Assembly: GCF_009914755.1 (NCBI RefSeq)
Contig: NC_060939.1
Direction: 5' to 3' (one strand)
Length of the DNA: 64,000 nucleotides
Origin: the human T2T-CHM13v2.0 reference genome, Homo sapiens
Below the pieces are notes generated by a model that had not been told where the DNA came from, ran no database searches, and worked only from the letters and a program-made list of their open reading frames with translations. Below, piece after piece: positions 1 to 12,860 of the stretch. How positions within the stretch are numbered: position 1 is the stretch's first letter; every line of letters starts with the position of its first letter. A program made the translations under genes and the position numbers.

Positions 1-429
1 GTCTCATCTGTAATGTTAGATATATAGGTTAGGGCTCTAATTGCAAAATACAGAAATTATTTAATACAACTTACACTGGTTTAAAAAATAAGGCATATTC
101 TCTTGAAGGTTTAGAGAATCCAGAGAGAGTAAGACAACCAAGGCACAGTAAGAACCAAGATGCAATTTACTCTAAAGAACTGCTGTCATCATCACCTCTA
201 AGGATTCTCTGTCTACTCCCTGTTTCTGCTTCTGTCTGGGCATCTGTTTCATCTGTTTAATTCTACACTGGTGTCCTCTCCTCCTCAATCCATGAAAATA
301 TGGCAGTCACCTGAGTTTTATGTAACGTCTTCAGTCACCCAAATAAATTAATTTTTTTGGTCCTTAGGTTTAAAATTTCCAGACCAGGGCTTCCTTAACC
401 CAGCTTGGGAGAATATCTATTCCCTTGGG

Positions 430-820
430 CATCAGTCAGGATAGGCTGGGTTATGCTGTAGTAACAAACAGTTCCTAAATCTCAGTACCTGACAACAACA
501 GAGTTTACCTCTTGCATGTGCTTCATGTCCATTGTGGGTTGGCTGTGGCTTGGCTCCATGTTGGGAACTTTACTTGGGAAGAAGTAATTTACAACTGGAG
601 GATTTTGGTCTCATGGCAGATAAAAAGAGAAGACACAGGAAACCATGGGCTAACTCTTAAAGCTGCTGCCAGAGTAATTCACATGGCCAAGTCTAATACC
701 ACTGGGATAGGGAAGTCTACAGCTCTGCCAGAGTAACAATACAGCCAACAATATAGCTTCATACACCAGTAAACTGTGGCCAAGGGGATGGGGTCCTAAC
801 AGAATCTGACATTGATCACC
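430..820 (-). mobile_element. Old ERVL-MaLR LTR (MLT1J/K/L-like), degraded
   Basis: Begins tcagtcaggataggctgggttatgctgtagtaacaaac...aaatctcagt, the reverse complement of a typical MLT1 3' end; boundaries approximate. Confidence 0.55.
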
Positions 821-1092
821 ACAACCACTGGATGGGACAGACAAAGATGCCATGTTCTGATACAGCTCTGTGTAGAAAAAGGTGGCAGGAACATTGGGAA
901 GACAATTGCATCAATCTTGACCAGAGTCATCATTCAGTTAACGGATTCTGTGAAACTGCAAAATAGGCTAAATCGTCCTTGGGGATAACTGGGATACACT
1001 GGAAAGAAAGCTGGACTTGGAGTCAGACAGGTCTGGGTTCAAGTTCTGGCTCTGCAACTCACTATGTGTATAATCAGGGCCAAGTCATGGTA

Positions 1093-1731
<639 letters not shown>

Positions 1732-2499
1732 TATTTAATGTCTTCTCAGTCATGAAACAGGGATAGCAATGTTTGCAGGATTGTTGTAGGGATCAAATGC
1801 AACTTTGAATATAAGCCATCTAGAAGAATGTCATAGGTGAGCTCAGCTCTTATTATTAACCTTTAAAAAGAGATAAAGTTTCCTACCTGTTTCTGTTTAG
1901 TGTCCACTGGGAGTAAACGAATGTAATCCCTCCAATTTATGTCTGAGTTATTAACTGTGGCACTTCCTTTGTCACTCCCAAAGTTCAAAACACAGGTCGC
2001 CTTCAACAGAATTAGTTAAGTCTCACTCACTTGCACCTGGTTTCTGTGGGTATTTGAGCTGCCGAGCCAGCTTATGTAGAAGCCTACTTTCTTTGTGGTA
2101 AGGACAAAAAGCCCTAGAATGGCACCAACTGTAGCTTCCAGACCAATCTACTTGCTCTGTCCTGCACAGAAGTGTTGCCTTTGTCATGAGCTTGTACCCA
2201 GAGATACCATCAAAAGCCCAGAGTCTTTATCTGTGGGATCCTGATACATTCATAGGTATTGGCACCTTCTACGCAGCAGGTGACTTGCATCTGTGACCAC
2301 CATGTCACAAAGCAGGCATGTCCTTCTAACTTATTCATGCCGAATTCCTGCCAAAGGCTCAGGGGTTTATTTCAACAGTGAAATTCACAAGAAGCCAGTT
2401 GGTAAAAAATTTTCCCAAGCACTTGGCTGGGATGGATGATGACTGACTGCAGTAGGCTTTCTGTATGAGGAGATAGGTAGCCAGAGGATGGAGGGCATT

Positions 2500-2705
2500 A
2501 ATGCCCTATGGCCAGCTTGTACTAGCTTGTAGAACACAGTTGTTCAGTTATCAGGAATTTTGCCGGGTGGTTTTTAAGCCATTGGTAGCTTGAAATCAGC
2601 CATAGTGGGAGTATTTACACTACAGAATTTGGTAAATGCTACAGATCAGAGTCCCCCACCCCTACCCCAAACCAGCTGTTAAACATTTCCCAGCATAGCC
2701 TTGGT
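2500..2705 (+). mobile_element. MER63A-like (hAT-Blackjack) DNA transposon
   Basis: caggaattttgcc...gaaatcagccatagtgggagtatttacac...tgttaaacatttcccagca matches recalled MER63. Confidence 0.7.
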
Positions 2706-3049
2706 GAATGGCCACTCTCTGGAGGGCTGCTGAGGGACTTCAGCTCTGGTACTGGGTGAGAAAGTTGTCCCAGGAGATCTATGACATTTCTTCCAGACCT
2801 GAGGCTCCTGACTGCCCTGCAGAAAGGGGACTTGTTGCCTGTGGCTGGCAGACTCATGATTCTGGCCAACCAGGGTCCTCTCTTGAGTCTCACAAGGGGA
2901 GGACATCCAGACAGACTAGTTTTGCCACGTGTAAGGAGGTTCGGGCAGCAAATTTCTTTCTGCCTCAAATCTACGTTTTGATGCTCTTTTTCTTACTCCC
3001 ATTTACAACTACTAGTTAATTAAATTGGCTCTATAAAATACATTCTGAA

Positions 3050-3610
3050 AGCCACCATTCTTCCAAACAGCAGCCAGAGTTACTCCTTTAAAATCGAAGT
3101 CAGAAAATACCACTTCTTTGCACAGAAAATAAACAAACAAACAAACAGCAGTTTTTACTTTCACTCAGGTTGAAATTCAGTCTTTCAATATGACATATAC
3201 CCTGGAAAAGATCACTCCCATTCTTCTCTGACCTCCTCTGGCTCCCTTGTTCATGCTTCCTCAGCCAGGACAGCCAATGAGTGATTCTCCTGGCACACCT
3301 GGTTCATTCCGATCCTGGCTTTTACACATTCTGCTGCTTCTGTTCACACTGTTCTTTCTCCAGAGATCTGCAAGGACTGCCTTCTTCCTTCTTCTTGGGC
3401 TCCCCTGTCAAGTAACTTCCATGATTGTTTTGTACAAAACAATAACTCTCCCCTTTTCACTCTGTCTCACTGGCTTTGCTTTATCTGTTTATAGCATTTA
3501 GAGCCTCTCTCCTCCCCTGCCATGTGAGGTGCTTAATTGTGGAATCATTCGTGGTCTGTTTCTACCTGCCAGATTGCATAATCATGAGGGCATGGACTTT
3601 GTTTTCCTGG
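3050..3610 (+). mobile_element. L2 3' fragment
   Basis: ccaaacagcagccagagttactccttttaaaatcgaagtcaga and ccagattgcataatcatgaggggcatggac resemble L2 3' region motifs. Confidence 0.5.
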
Positions 3611-4389
3611 ATTCTGTGTCATGGGTAGTTGGCCCCAGTTGGGGGCATGGATGCTCAGATGGGGTGCCTGGCACAGCTGTCTCCTAAGGATGGATGGGCC
3701 CCTGCCTTGGCATGCTGGGTGGTGGGTGCTGGCTCCTAGGAGAGGGTCTCCCCATGAAAGCTCAGCCTTGGGCTCCTGCCCTGGTTGGCCAGTTCCTAAC
3801 CTAATCCCAGCCTGAGAGCCTCATAGACCCAGGGAAAAGAGACCTAAGACCCTCAGAAAAGATCTCAGAGGCTACTTCAGGAGGCGGCTTGGAAAGGGCA
3901 CACTGGACAGAGTTCCTTTGGAAGTGACTTTGAGGCAGCCCTTTGCTCTCTCTCTCTCTCTCTCTCGCCTCCTTTTCTCCACTGGACCAGGGCATGGGGA
4001 GCCCTGAGCTTTCTGCCCGCTTTGACATTTCCTATTCCATCCCTAGATGGGCCGAGGAGGCAGCTTTTGAGGGAAAGCTTTGGAAAATTCCCAGCTGTTG
4101 ACTGTTGTTTACATCTCAGTTGCTGTTTATGCTTCTCCTCTGGGCTCCCTGCCTCTGCAGATGACACAGCATGGCCACTGTGGGGTCAGCTCCTCCTCCC
4201 ACCCTTTGCCCTGCACTTCAGGGCCACAGCCTGCAGGCTGATTCATGCCCTTAAGAGGCTAGAAAGGTGGCAGGGAAGCAAGCATTGGTTCCTCCTCTTT
4301 GCATTTTGGGGAGGGCTGATGGATGACCCCATCCTAAATGAAGATACTCAAGGGAAGAAGATGTTTCCTGCCAGCTGGACCAGCCTCAG

Positions 4390-4620
4390 GGTGTGCAAAG
4401 CCCTTTCTCATACATCGTCTGCATTTCCAACCACTGCTTTATAGGCAGGGCAGGGCAGGCAGTGCTTAGGGCTTATGCTTGTTTTGCAGATGAGGAAACT
4501 GAGGACAAAGACCAGTTGAGTAGCTGGTCCAAAGTCTTAAGACTTCAGCACCAAATTCTGGAACTAGCACCCAAGTCTCTGGAGTCCTTGCCTGGTGCAG
4601 TTTCTGCCATATCCAACTGC
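4390..4620 (-). mobile_element. MIR
   Basis: ttttgcagatgaggaaactgagg MIR core. Confidence 0.65.
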
Positions 4621-4707
4621 CTCACATGGCACATTGTCAAATTGAACACCTGATATTGGAGTTGTTACTGTGTGGCTGAGTAGCATCATACCCCCTGCTC
4701 TAATGCC

Positions 4708-5093
4708 TGATATTGTTTGGATGTGTGTCGCCTCCAAATCTCATGTTGAAATGTGATCCCCAGTGTTGGAGGTGGCCTCCTTCAGGAACAGCTTTGCACC
4801 CCACGAATAGCTTGGCATCCTCCCCACCGCAATGAGTTCACTTGAGATCTGGTTGTTTAAGAGAATCTGGCACCTCCCTTCTCTCTCTTGATTCCTCTCT
4901 CACCATCTGACACACTAGGTTCCCCCTTTGCCTTCTGCCATGATTGAAAGCTACTTGAGGCCTCACCAGAAGCAAATGCTAGCACCATACTTCCTGTACA
5001 GTCTGCAGAACAGTGAGCCAAAATAAACCTCTTTTTTTGTAATTATCCAGCTTCAGGTATTTCTTTATAGCAATGCAAAAACGGACTGACATA
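4708..5093 (+). mobile_element. MSTB-like solo LTR (ERVL-MaLR)
   Basis: tgatattgtttggatgtgtgtcgcctccaaatctcatgttgaaatg ... ctttatagcaatgcaaaaacggactgacata; perfect 5-bp TSD ATGCC (4703-4707 / 5094-5098). Confidence 0.9.
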
Positions 5094-6084
5094 ATGCCTC
5101 CCTAGGTTCTGCCATTCCAAGGGCTTAGGACATTTGGCTGGAAAAGAAAACTCAAGGTTTTCTCTGCTCTGGGTCCCTGAGGGCTTGTGGTGCAGAGAAG
5201 GGGGCTAGATCCAGCAAGAGGAGGTACCGGGAGGCGGGTTTCAGCTCAGCTCAGGAATGCTCTCCCTCATACCTGCAGTCACCTGCAGTCACCTGAAAAG
5301 GGATGTGCTGCTCTTCTATGCCCTGTTTCCACATGGGTGTGCCCTAAGGAAAAACACAAAGTATGAGGGAAAAGACATGACTGAAAAAATGCCCGTTTAG
5401 CTTATAAACATGTGCACTGCCCTCTGTCACCTTCTAAAGAGGAAGGACTCTTAGCTGGTCTGCATCTTGGGTTTGCATCTAGGATCACATCATGCTGAAT
5501 GGAGCATGGAGAAGAGAGCTGGAGAGCCAAGATAGGGACAAGTAGTTCTGTTTAAGGAAAGAGACAGTCAGCAGAAACTCTCTGGAAGAGGAATGGGAAG
5601 CAGAGGAGAAGCCTGTTCCAGGGCAGGTGGCCCTGAGGGAGGTTTGGGAGCTGAGGCTGGAGCACGGCAAGAAGGGGGACTTTGGAGGGAGGCAGTGGGG
5701 GAGAGGGAGGCAGGGAGGGAGCAAAGGGGCAGAGGGAGGAAGCTAGGTGGGAGAGAGGGAATTTTAAGTAGCTGTGTGTGTGTGACATTTTGTAAGACAG
5801 AAAGACACAATTTTGTCAAGAGAGAAAGACACAATTAAAACACACTTTAGGAAGTCCTGCTGAGTGGTACACAATGTCACCGTCTCTTGTCTACCCTCAC
5901 AACCTTCAGTAAAGAGCCACATTACCTTGAGTGCTTTGGGAGCCTGTTCTGGGGAGGGTCTTACTGTGCCAGTGAGTTGGGGTCGTGGAGGTGCCAGGAA
6001 GGACAAGGGGTCTGGGAGGCATGAAGCCCTAGATGGGCTTCTGAAAGCAATGATGACCCACCATAGAGAAAACCTGGCTACCAT

Positions 6085-6290
6085 CATGGGTTCAAATTCT
6101 GTCTCCCCTACCTATGGTTTAAGAAGGTTTGGGCTCTTTATTCACCAACTCTGAGTCCCGCATTCCTCGCTTTTAAATGGGGATATGATGGGGTCTGATT
6201 TTAGGGATGCTGTGAGGATTAAGCCAGGTGACACATGAAAAGCTTCAGTGCTGAGCCTGGTGTTCAGTGAGAGCCCAGTGCCAACAGTGA
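6085..6290 (+). mobile_element. MIR
   Basis: gggttcaaattctgtctc...taaatggggatatgat...gctgtgaggattaag. Confidence 0.6.
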
Positions 6291-6633
6291 GGGAGCTATT
6301 AAATCATGGAAGGTGGACCCACAAATGCAAAGAGTTGACTGTCATTAGAGAATGCTAATGGAGATCATAGAGCAATGTGGAAAAATGTTTGGCTTATAAT
6401 ATTGGGTAACACATAAAAAAGCACTAAATCATGTAAAATTATTTACACAGGTGGATAGAGCATGGAAAAGAAACAATGAAAAACAAAAGCAGTTGATTTG
6501 TTAGAGTGATGGAATTGCGGAGGGCTTCCTTTCCATTTTTATTCCTTGTATTGTTATAATATTTTTGTACAGTAAATATGCAGGAAGAAACGAGTGGTCT
6601 CAGAAGGGGAGGAGGACTCATCCATAGCAGGGA

Positions 6634-7020
6634 CTGTGGCAGAATCTTCTAGTGCTCAGCCACAGCCAGCTCTTCCTTTTTTTTGGGGACCATCACTTTT
6701 GACTATTTCTGATTAATAGATTGTGAAAGGAAATGAGTGTGTCCCTTCTAGGCTGCAGCATTTAATTGCCAGTCCAAAGGCTCCTCATCTCCTCCTTTCC
6801 CTGCCAGGTGACCCAGAAGGCCATGGATTCCAGACGGTGCAGCCATGCTGTGGTAGAACCTCCATCAGCCTCCATCAGGGTCCTTGAAAGACATGTGGAG
6901 AAGAGCCCCCTGCTGACCCCCTACTGGTCATGTAAGACTTGAGCAAGAAGTGGATTTTGTAGCATTCAGCCACCGACATGTGTTGGTTAAATTATGCACA
7001 GTATAACAGCCCATCCCATG
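6634..7020 (+). mobile_element. MLT1J-like LTR, degraded
   Basis: agagccccctgctgaccccctactggtcatgtaag...tgagcaagaa...cagccac resembles the MLT1J 3' half. Confidence 0.5.
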
Positions 7021-7755
7021 TCCAAACCTCTGCTTGCTGCAGCAATGTGTGCTGAGTTTTCCTTAGATTGATGCGGACAGGCAGACGCCTGAGTCTCTTG
7101 TGTCTTAATAGCTCAGTTATGCTTGACTGAAAAGCCTGGTCCTTGCTTCTCCCTGGTATAGCTTCTCAATGCTGCTCACAGAATTTTTTGAAATCTGGTT
7201 TCTAGCTTCGGCTCAAGGTCTAAAGAAACCCCCACACCCCATGCACAGGATTTAGCTGAAATGGTGCAAAAGAGCAAAGGAGTGACTCAAACTACAACTA
7301 AGCAGGAGAGCCCACTGTGGCATCCAAGCCTTGCTCTGAGGCTCAGACATCACAGTGGGATTCTGAGGAAGTCAGAGTCTACCTGGGATCTGAGAATTCG
7401 GAGTTATGGTGTGAATATTTGCTGTTAGCTCTGATGTGGGTCCAGTTACTTCCTGCTGCCCACAGTGCAGCTTTCCCCTTAGCCTTGTCATCTGAGTACC
7501 TTGTCCTTGGTACCCTTCAACTCTCACTGGTTTATCTGAGCCAGGGGCACACTCTCCTTCCTAGAATTGAGATGACCTTGGTTAAAGAGAGATGTTAAGA
7601 ATCAGTTAGCCCTAACCAGGCTTTCTCTCAAGTCAGTTCTACCAGGAGAGAATGAGGAGGCTGCTGTCCAAAGTTTTGGGTGCTGAAACCAAATATGCCT
7701 AGATCTTGGAAACCAAATATTTCTGAATCTCTCATCTTATAAATCTGAGATTCTT

Positions 7756-8057
7756 CTTCTTCTTCTTCTTTTAGATGGAGTCTCACTCTGTTGACTAGTC
7801 TAGAGTGGAGTGAAGTAGCTCAATCTCTGCTCACTGCAACCTCCACCTCCCAGGTTCAAGTGATTCTTGTGCCTCAGTTTCCAGAGCAGCTGGGATTATA
7901 TGCACACACCAGCATGCCTGGCTAATTTTTGTATTTTTGTAGAGACAGGGTTTCACCATGTTGGCCAGGCTGGTCTCAAACTCCTAATCTCAGGTAATCT
8001 GCCCACCTTGATTTCCCAAAGTGCTGGGATTACAGTTGTGAGCCACTGTGCCTGGCT
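7756..8057 (-). mobile_element. Alu (AluS-type) with (GAA)n-converted tail
   Basis: Full Alu; tail reads (ttc)n on +; TSD gagattctt (7747-7755 / 8058-8066). Confidence 0.95.
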
Positions 8058-8519
8058 GAGATTCTTTTTAAAGTATAATTTACTTCAAGTTATTTAAGTT
8101 ATTATTTTACTTCACATCCAGAGGGATAAGGAAGGAAACAAATAGCATGTTTCTAAGAACCCTAGAATCATTATTGTATTATGTCCAAAGGGCATCCCAT
8201 GGTTTAGAATGAATAAAAACAAACTAAATTTATAAAAATTGCTTACAATGGCTTATTTATTTTTTAACAATGAATTTTGCCAAAGAGCTATATTTTTGAA
8301 GAACTCAGTGAATCTGATGACTAGTGCAACATTATAAACTGAGTTAAATGAAATGTTATGACATTTATTCAGCAAGTCATGAGACTTTCATATCAGATAA
8401 AGAAACCAAGACACAGAGGAGTAAGTGACATCACCAGGTTACAGCAGTAACAGATGTGGAACCTTACCCAAGATCCAGGCTCTCCAGCAGCGGGGTGGCA
8501 TTGAAGGGGTAGCCCTGAC

Positions 8520-8635
8520 TGGACTGGAAGCTCCTTGAGGGCAGGGGCCCTGTCCTATCTATTGCTGGAGCAGCGGCCATGACAGTGCCTGACACATAGA
8601 GGTATATGCTGACTGAGATAATGAGTGAATGAAGG
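8520..8635 (+). mobile_element. L2 3' terminus
   Basis: ctggaagctccttgagggcagggg...cagtgcctgacacataga...tgagtgaatgaa. Confidence 0.6.
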
Positions 8636-9152
8636 AGGACGTGGTCCCTTCCAGGTTCAGTGACTCAGTTAAGCCAGTGACTCAGTGCCTCTGGTGGGGG
8701 CAGAGATGAGAGTGAAGGGAAGTCTGTGTTGTCTGTTGAATCCACTCCAGGCTGCATTGTCACTGATGCTAGTGGCCATCTGCCCATCCTCCTACTGACT
8801 CCATGTACCAGGCAGCATTGGTCCCTTCACGGCACTGATTAGGAGCAAGCCTGCTGTTTGTAAGGTAGGTTTGCTTCCACCTTTAGAGGCTTGAGAGAAG
8901 GAAGTTTGCATTCTCCTTCTGTATAATATGAGCTGTGTTACATGGGATGGAGGCAATCATTCTTCCTTCCCAAATGCTATAGGAGTAGGAGCTACTGAGC
9001 CAAAGTAAATGAATGCAAGGCTCTCATTCTGAGGTACTTCCCTCGAAGTGTCTGTCCTTTTCTGTGTGATTGCTCCTCAGTAAGTCCTGGATTCAAGCTT
9101 AGCCCTCCTGAATGGGATCTAGACAGAAGATGTAAGCAGATACTTAAAATAT

Positions 9153-9743
9153 GTTTTTATCGAGGTAAAATATACGTAACATAAAATCGCCATTTTAAGT
9201 ATTTTAAAGTATACATCCCAGTGGCTTTTAGTAAATTTGCAATGATGTGCAACTATTGCCATTATCTAATTCAGAATATTTTCATCACCCCTCAACAAAA
9301 CCCCATAACCATTAAACAATCACACCCTATTCCTTCCTCCCTAAGCCCTAGCCTCTGGAAACCACAACTCTGCATTTTGCCTCTATGCATTTGCCTGTTC
9401 TGGACATTTCATATAAATAGAATCATACAATATGTGGCCTTTTGTGCCTGGCTTCTTTCACTTAGTATAACGTTTTCAAGATTGATGCATATTATAGCAG
9501 GTATCATTCCTTTTTATGGATGAATAATATTTTATTGTATGGATATGTCATATTTTGTTTATCCATGCATCACTTGGTGGACATTTGGGTTGTTTCCCCT
9601 TTTTGACTATTATGAACAAAGCTGCTGTAAACATTCGTGTACTGGTTTTTGTGTGGACACCTCTTCTCCATTCTCTTGAATCTATACCTATGCGTGGAGT
9701 TTCTGAGTCATATGGTAACTGTATGTTTAATTTTTGAGGAACA
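9153..9743 (-). mobile_element. L1MB-type 3' fragment
   Basis: ggacatttcatataaatagaatcatacaatatgtggccttttgtgcctggcttctttcacttag ... atgtttaatttttgaggaac. Confidence 0.85.
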
Positions 9744-9984
9744 GAAACAGGTTCTTAGGGAGTATAAAGGCCCTTCTGGCTGGTGGAGCCTCAGGGGCTA
9801 TTTAGAGCCTTCCAGTGAAAGGAACTTAATCTCCATCCGACCCCTCTCATTCATTCCTGCTTCAATATCTTTGTTAAGGCCCCTTCCCAGATGTCAGATG
9901 TCAGTTGCCATGACTGCTTTCTGTACCAGGCTCTCCCAGGGCCACTCCCACAGTGATCTTCCTATAGACTGACCATAAAAGTCT

Positions 9985-10188
9985 CTGAGAACTCAAAGTG
10001 TGTGTCCTGAGACCTTAGCATCAGCTTCAGCATCACCTGGGAATTTTCAATTTTGTCTGCAATGCCATTTCATGAGCTGCACCCCAGATCTGCTGAATCA
10101 GAATCTCTGGGAAGGTTGGGCTTGGGCCATCTTTGTTCTAACACAACCTCAGAGGATTTGCATGCACCATGAAGTTTGAGAAGCTTGG
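9985..10188 (+). mobile_element. MER5A (hAT-Charlie)
   Basis: ctcaaagtgtg...cagcatcacctgggaa...ccccagatctgctgaatcagaatctctgg...gaagtttgagaagc. Confidence 0.8.
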
Positions 10189-11444
10189 CTCTGAGGAGTC
10201 TGTGCTCTTTGGGATCTGTGCCACTTGAGGCAGAGAAAGCTCAGATCACTGGGATCTCATTTCCCCCTTCAGCCCAGAATAGGTGACCACATTAGTGTGC
10301 ATGTTTGTGTGTGTGTGCGTGCAGGGCATGGGGGGATTCTGTTGAGAGGTGGTGCTGAGATGCACCTGCTCCCAGGAGAGATGACGCGGGTTGCTGACAC
10401 CACAGGAGCTCTGATGCTGCAGAGCCCTAGTCTACTGCGGACTCTCCTTCCTGCTGGAGTCTGCAGTTGCTCCTACTTCTCTGGGACCTCAGTCCCATCA
10501 CAACTCTGTCTCTTGGGGTTTCTCTTGGAGTGGGAGATCCCTTGGCTTCCCTCCTGTATCACCTCCAGAGACAAACATGCTGGCTGTTTGCTTTAAGGAG
10601 CTTCCTTTGATCCTCTGGGTAAGCAGAAGGCAGTGACAAATGGCAGGGGGCAAGTGGAGTGGTGGTTTCCAGAGCTCATGGAGTCCTTGTAGTCCAAGCC
10701 CTGGGACTGTGGTTCCTGACTGTCCTCCTTGTGTGTGGGTCAGGACGGGTGCCTCTGCCTGCCTGAAGCCCCGTGCTACACTGAAAAGCCCTGACAGACC
10801 CCACTCTGAGAAGGACCCTTTTCCTATTTGCTCCTCATCCATCCTCCTGATTGTCACATTGCAGCTCCAGGCACTGCTGGCATCTCCCCAGATCGTCTAA
10901 CTCCAGGCTCTAGACCTCAGCTTTTTCTACCTGATGGGACGCACTTCTAATCCAAACAAGCTGTGTCCCATGAAGGAAAGACCAGAGAGAAGAGAGGAAA
11001 AACTGGGAGATGAGATTTATAAAAAGCTTTGAACCTGAGACAGAAAGGGAGAGGAACTGAAATGAAATCTCAAGCCACTCAATCTCTGTTTGTGATCCAT
11101 CCCTGTCTTCTCCCCTAAGGTTAATGAATGCCATTGAAAAGGGTTAACCAGGCAGTGGGAGGGTGAGTGTCATAGGTGTTCTTTACTGTGAGTCCCACAA
11201 CCACTGCTGATGTCCTCAGGATGACCTGCCCCAGGAGCCGGGCTTTCCAGACTGCAGGATAACACCCTGCCATCTCCAGCCAGGGAAGAGGGCAGGAACC
11301 CTATTTGTGTGTATCTGCTATTTCCTGTCACCACGCCCAGTAATGCTTTATTCCCCGCAAGCCTACAAAGGGATGATAAAGACTTTCCTCACTCTCATTT
11401 TATCTTTTTCTTCCCTAGCCACACACATATGTATCTGTTCCCCA

Positions 11445-12860
11445 GCCCCCATTCAATGAGTATCTACTGAGTTCCCATTGCACATTTGGCAAATAAAGAA
11501 GGCACTGTCTCTGCTCTCATGGAACTTCCAACCCACTGGGTTAGAGTGATATTCAAGAAACATTTACACACTATCTGGTTACAATTGCATTAAGTGGGTG
11601 ATGGAGAAGAACGGGGTGCTGGGGGAGGATGTGTTAGGAGATCCGACCAAATCTGGGCATTCGTGGACGTCTCCTGGAGGAAGCAACATTCATACTGAGA
11701 CTTGCAGCGTGAGCAGGAGCCAGGACAGCAATGGGGAAAGGGCAGATGCACAAAGGACTGTGTGCAAAGGGCAGATGCACATAGGAGTGTGTGCAAAGAC
11801 CCCGAAGTAATGACGAGTTTGGGGTAAAGGAAGAACTGAAGGAGGTCTAAGCTGGGGTGGGTGTGGCAGGAAACAAAGTCAGAGTGGTGAGCAGGAGTCA
11901 AATGCCAATCACCATGGAGACCTTGACCCTATTCTAAGAATAATGGGTGGCCCGAGACCATTTCTAAGGAAGAAGCAACATCTTAAACTAGCATAGAGAG
12001 AATGTACTAGTTAGCATGATGGATGCAGAGGTCAACGCAGAGGCAGAAGATGGGCCTGGACTTGGATGGTGATGGGGACAGATGACACAGACGGAGGGAT
12101 GTGTGGGAGTGAAGCCAACTTACCAATGACTACTTGTAGGGGTCTCAGGACAGGGGCCTCTCAGGGACAGTGCTCAGGTTTGTAGCTTGAGCAATTGGGC
12201 AAGGGTGAGGCAAGGACAAGAGGGACTCATTTGCTGACTCAGGAGCAGGCTTGAGGGGCATTGCACCATGAATTCAGACTTAATATGTCAAGCTTGAGAT
12301 GTCTGTGAGATGTTCAGGTGGAGATTTTATGGATATGGTTAGATGCACAGAGCTAGAGCTCAGGAGAGAGAGAAAACTAGAGGATGCTGTGGGTAGCTGA
12401 AGTCATGCACCAGGCTGGGATTGCAGGGAAGGGAGCAGAGCCTACAAGGAGGGGTGGCCGAAGGGCTAATGGGTAGACAGGGAAGAACTGGCTAAGAAGA
12501 TGGGCTGGGAGTGGCATTGAGGAGTCAGGGGAACCTTGAGAGAAAAGCATTGCCCAGAACAACGGAGCCTCCTGCAAGAAGGAAGGTGTGGCGAATGCAA
12601 TAGAAACCTGAGCAAATCTAGTATCAAGGGGACCGGAAAGCAGCCCGGAATTTAGCAACATTAAGGTCAAGGATGACCTTCACAAGAACAGGTACCTGCC
12701 ATGGAGTGATTGGAGGGAATCAGATAAAGGCAGGTTTGTGGATGATGTAGCAGGATGCTAAGGGGTGTCCTGTCTGGTGGCTTCTATCTTCTCTGTGAAG
12801 AATGAGGCAAGTTTATCCTCTAAGAGTGAGGGAGGCAGAGGAGAGGTCAGAGATTCAAAA
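11445..12860 (-). mobile_element. L2 fragments
   Basis: cattcaatgagtatctactgag L2 end; gtcaagcttgagatgtctgtgagatgttcaggtggaga; ggaatttagcaaca...aggtca...gatgacctt. Confidence 0.6.

Noticed and set aside
5271-5295. Short tandem micro-duplications (acctgcagtc x2; also near 19368 and 40811)
   Set aside because: Ordinary slippage products with no evident function.
12664-12679. AGGTCA-n4-TGACCT as an estrogen response element
   Set aside because: Spacer is 4 nt rather than 3, and it lies in L2-derived sequence.
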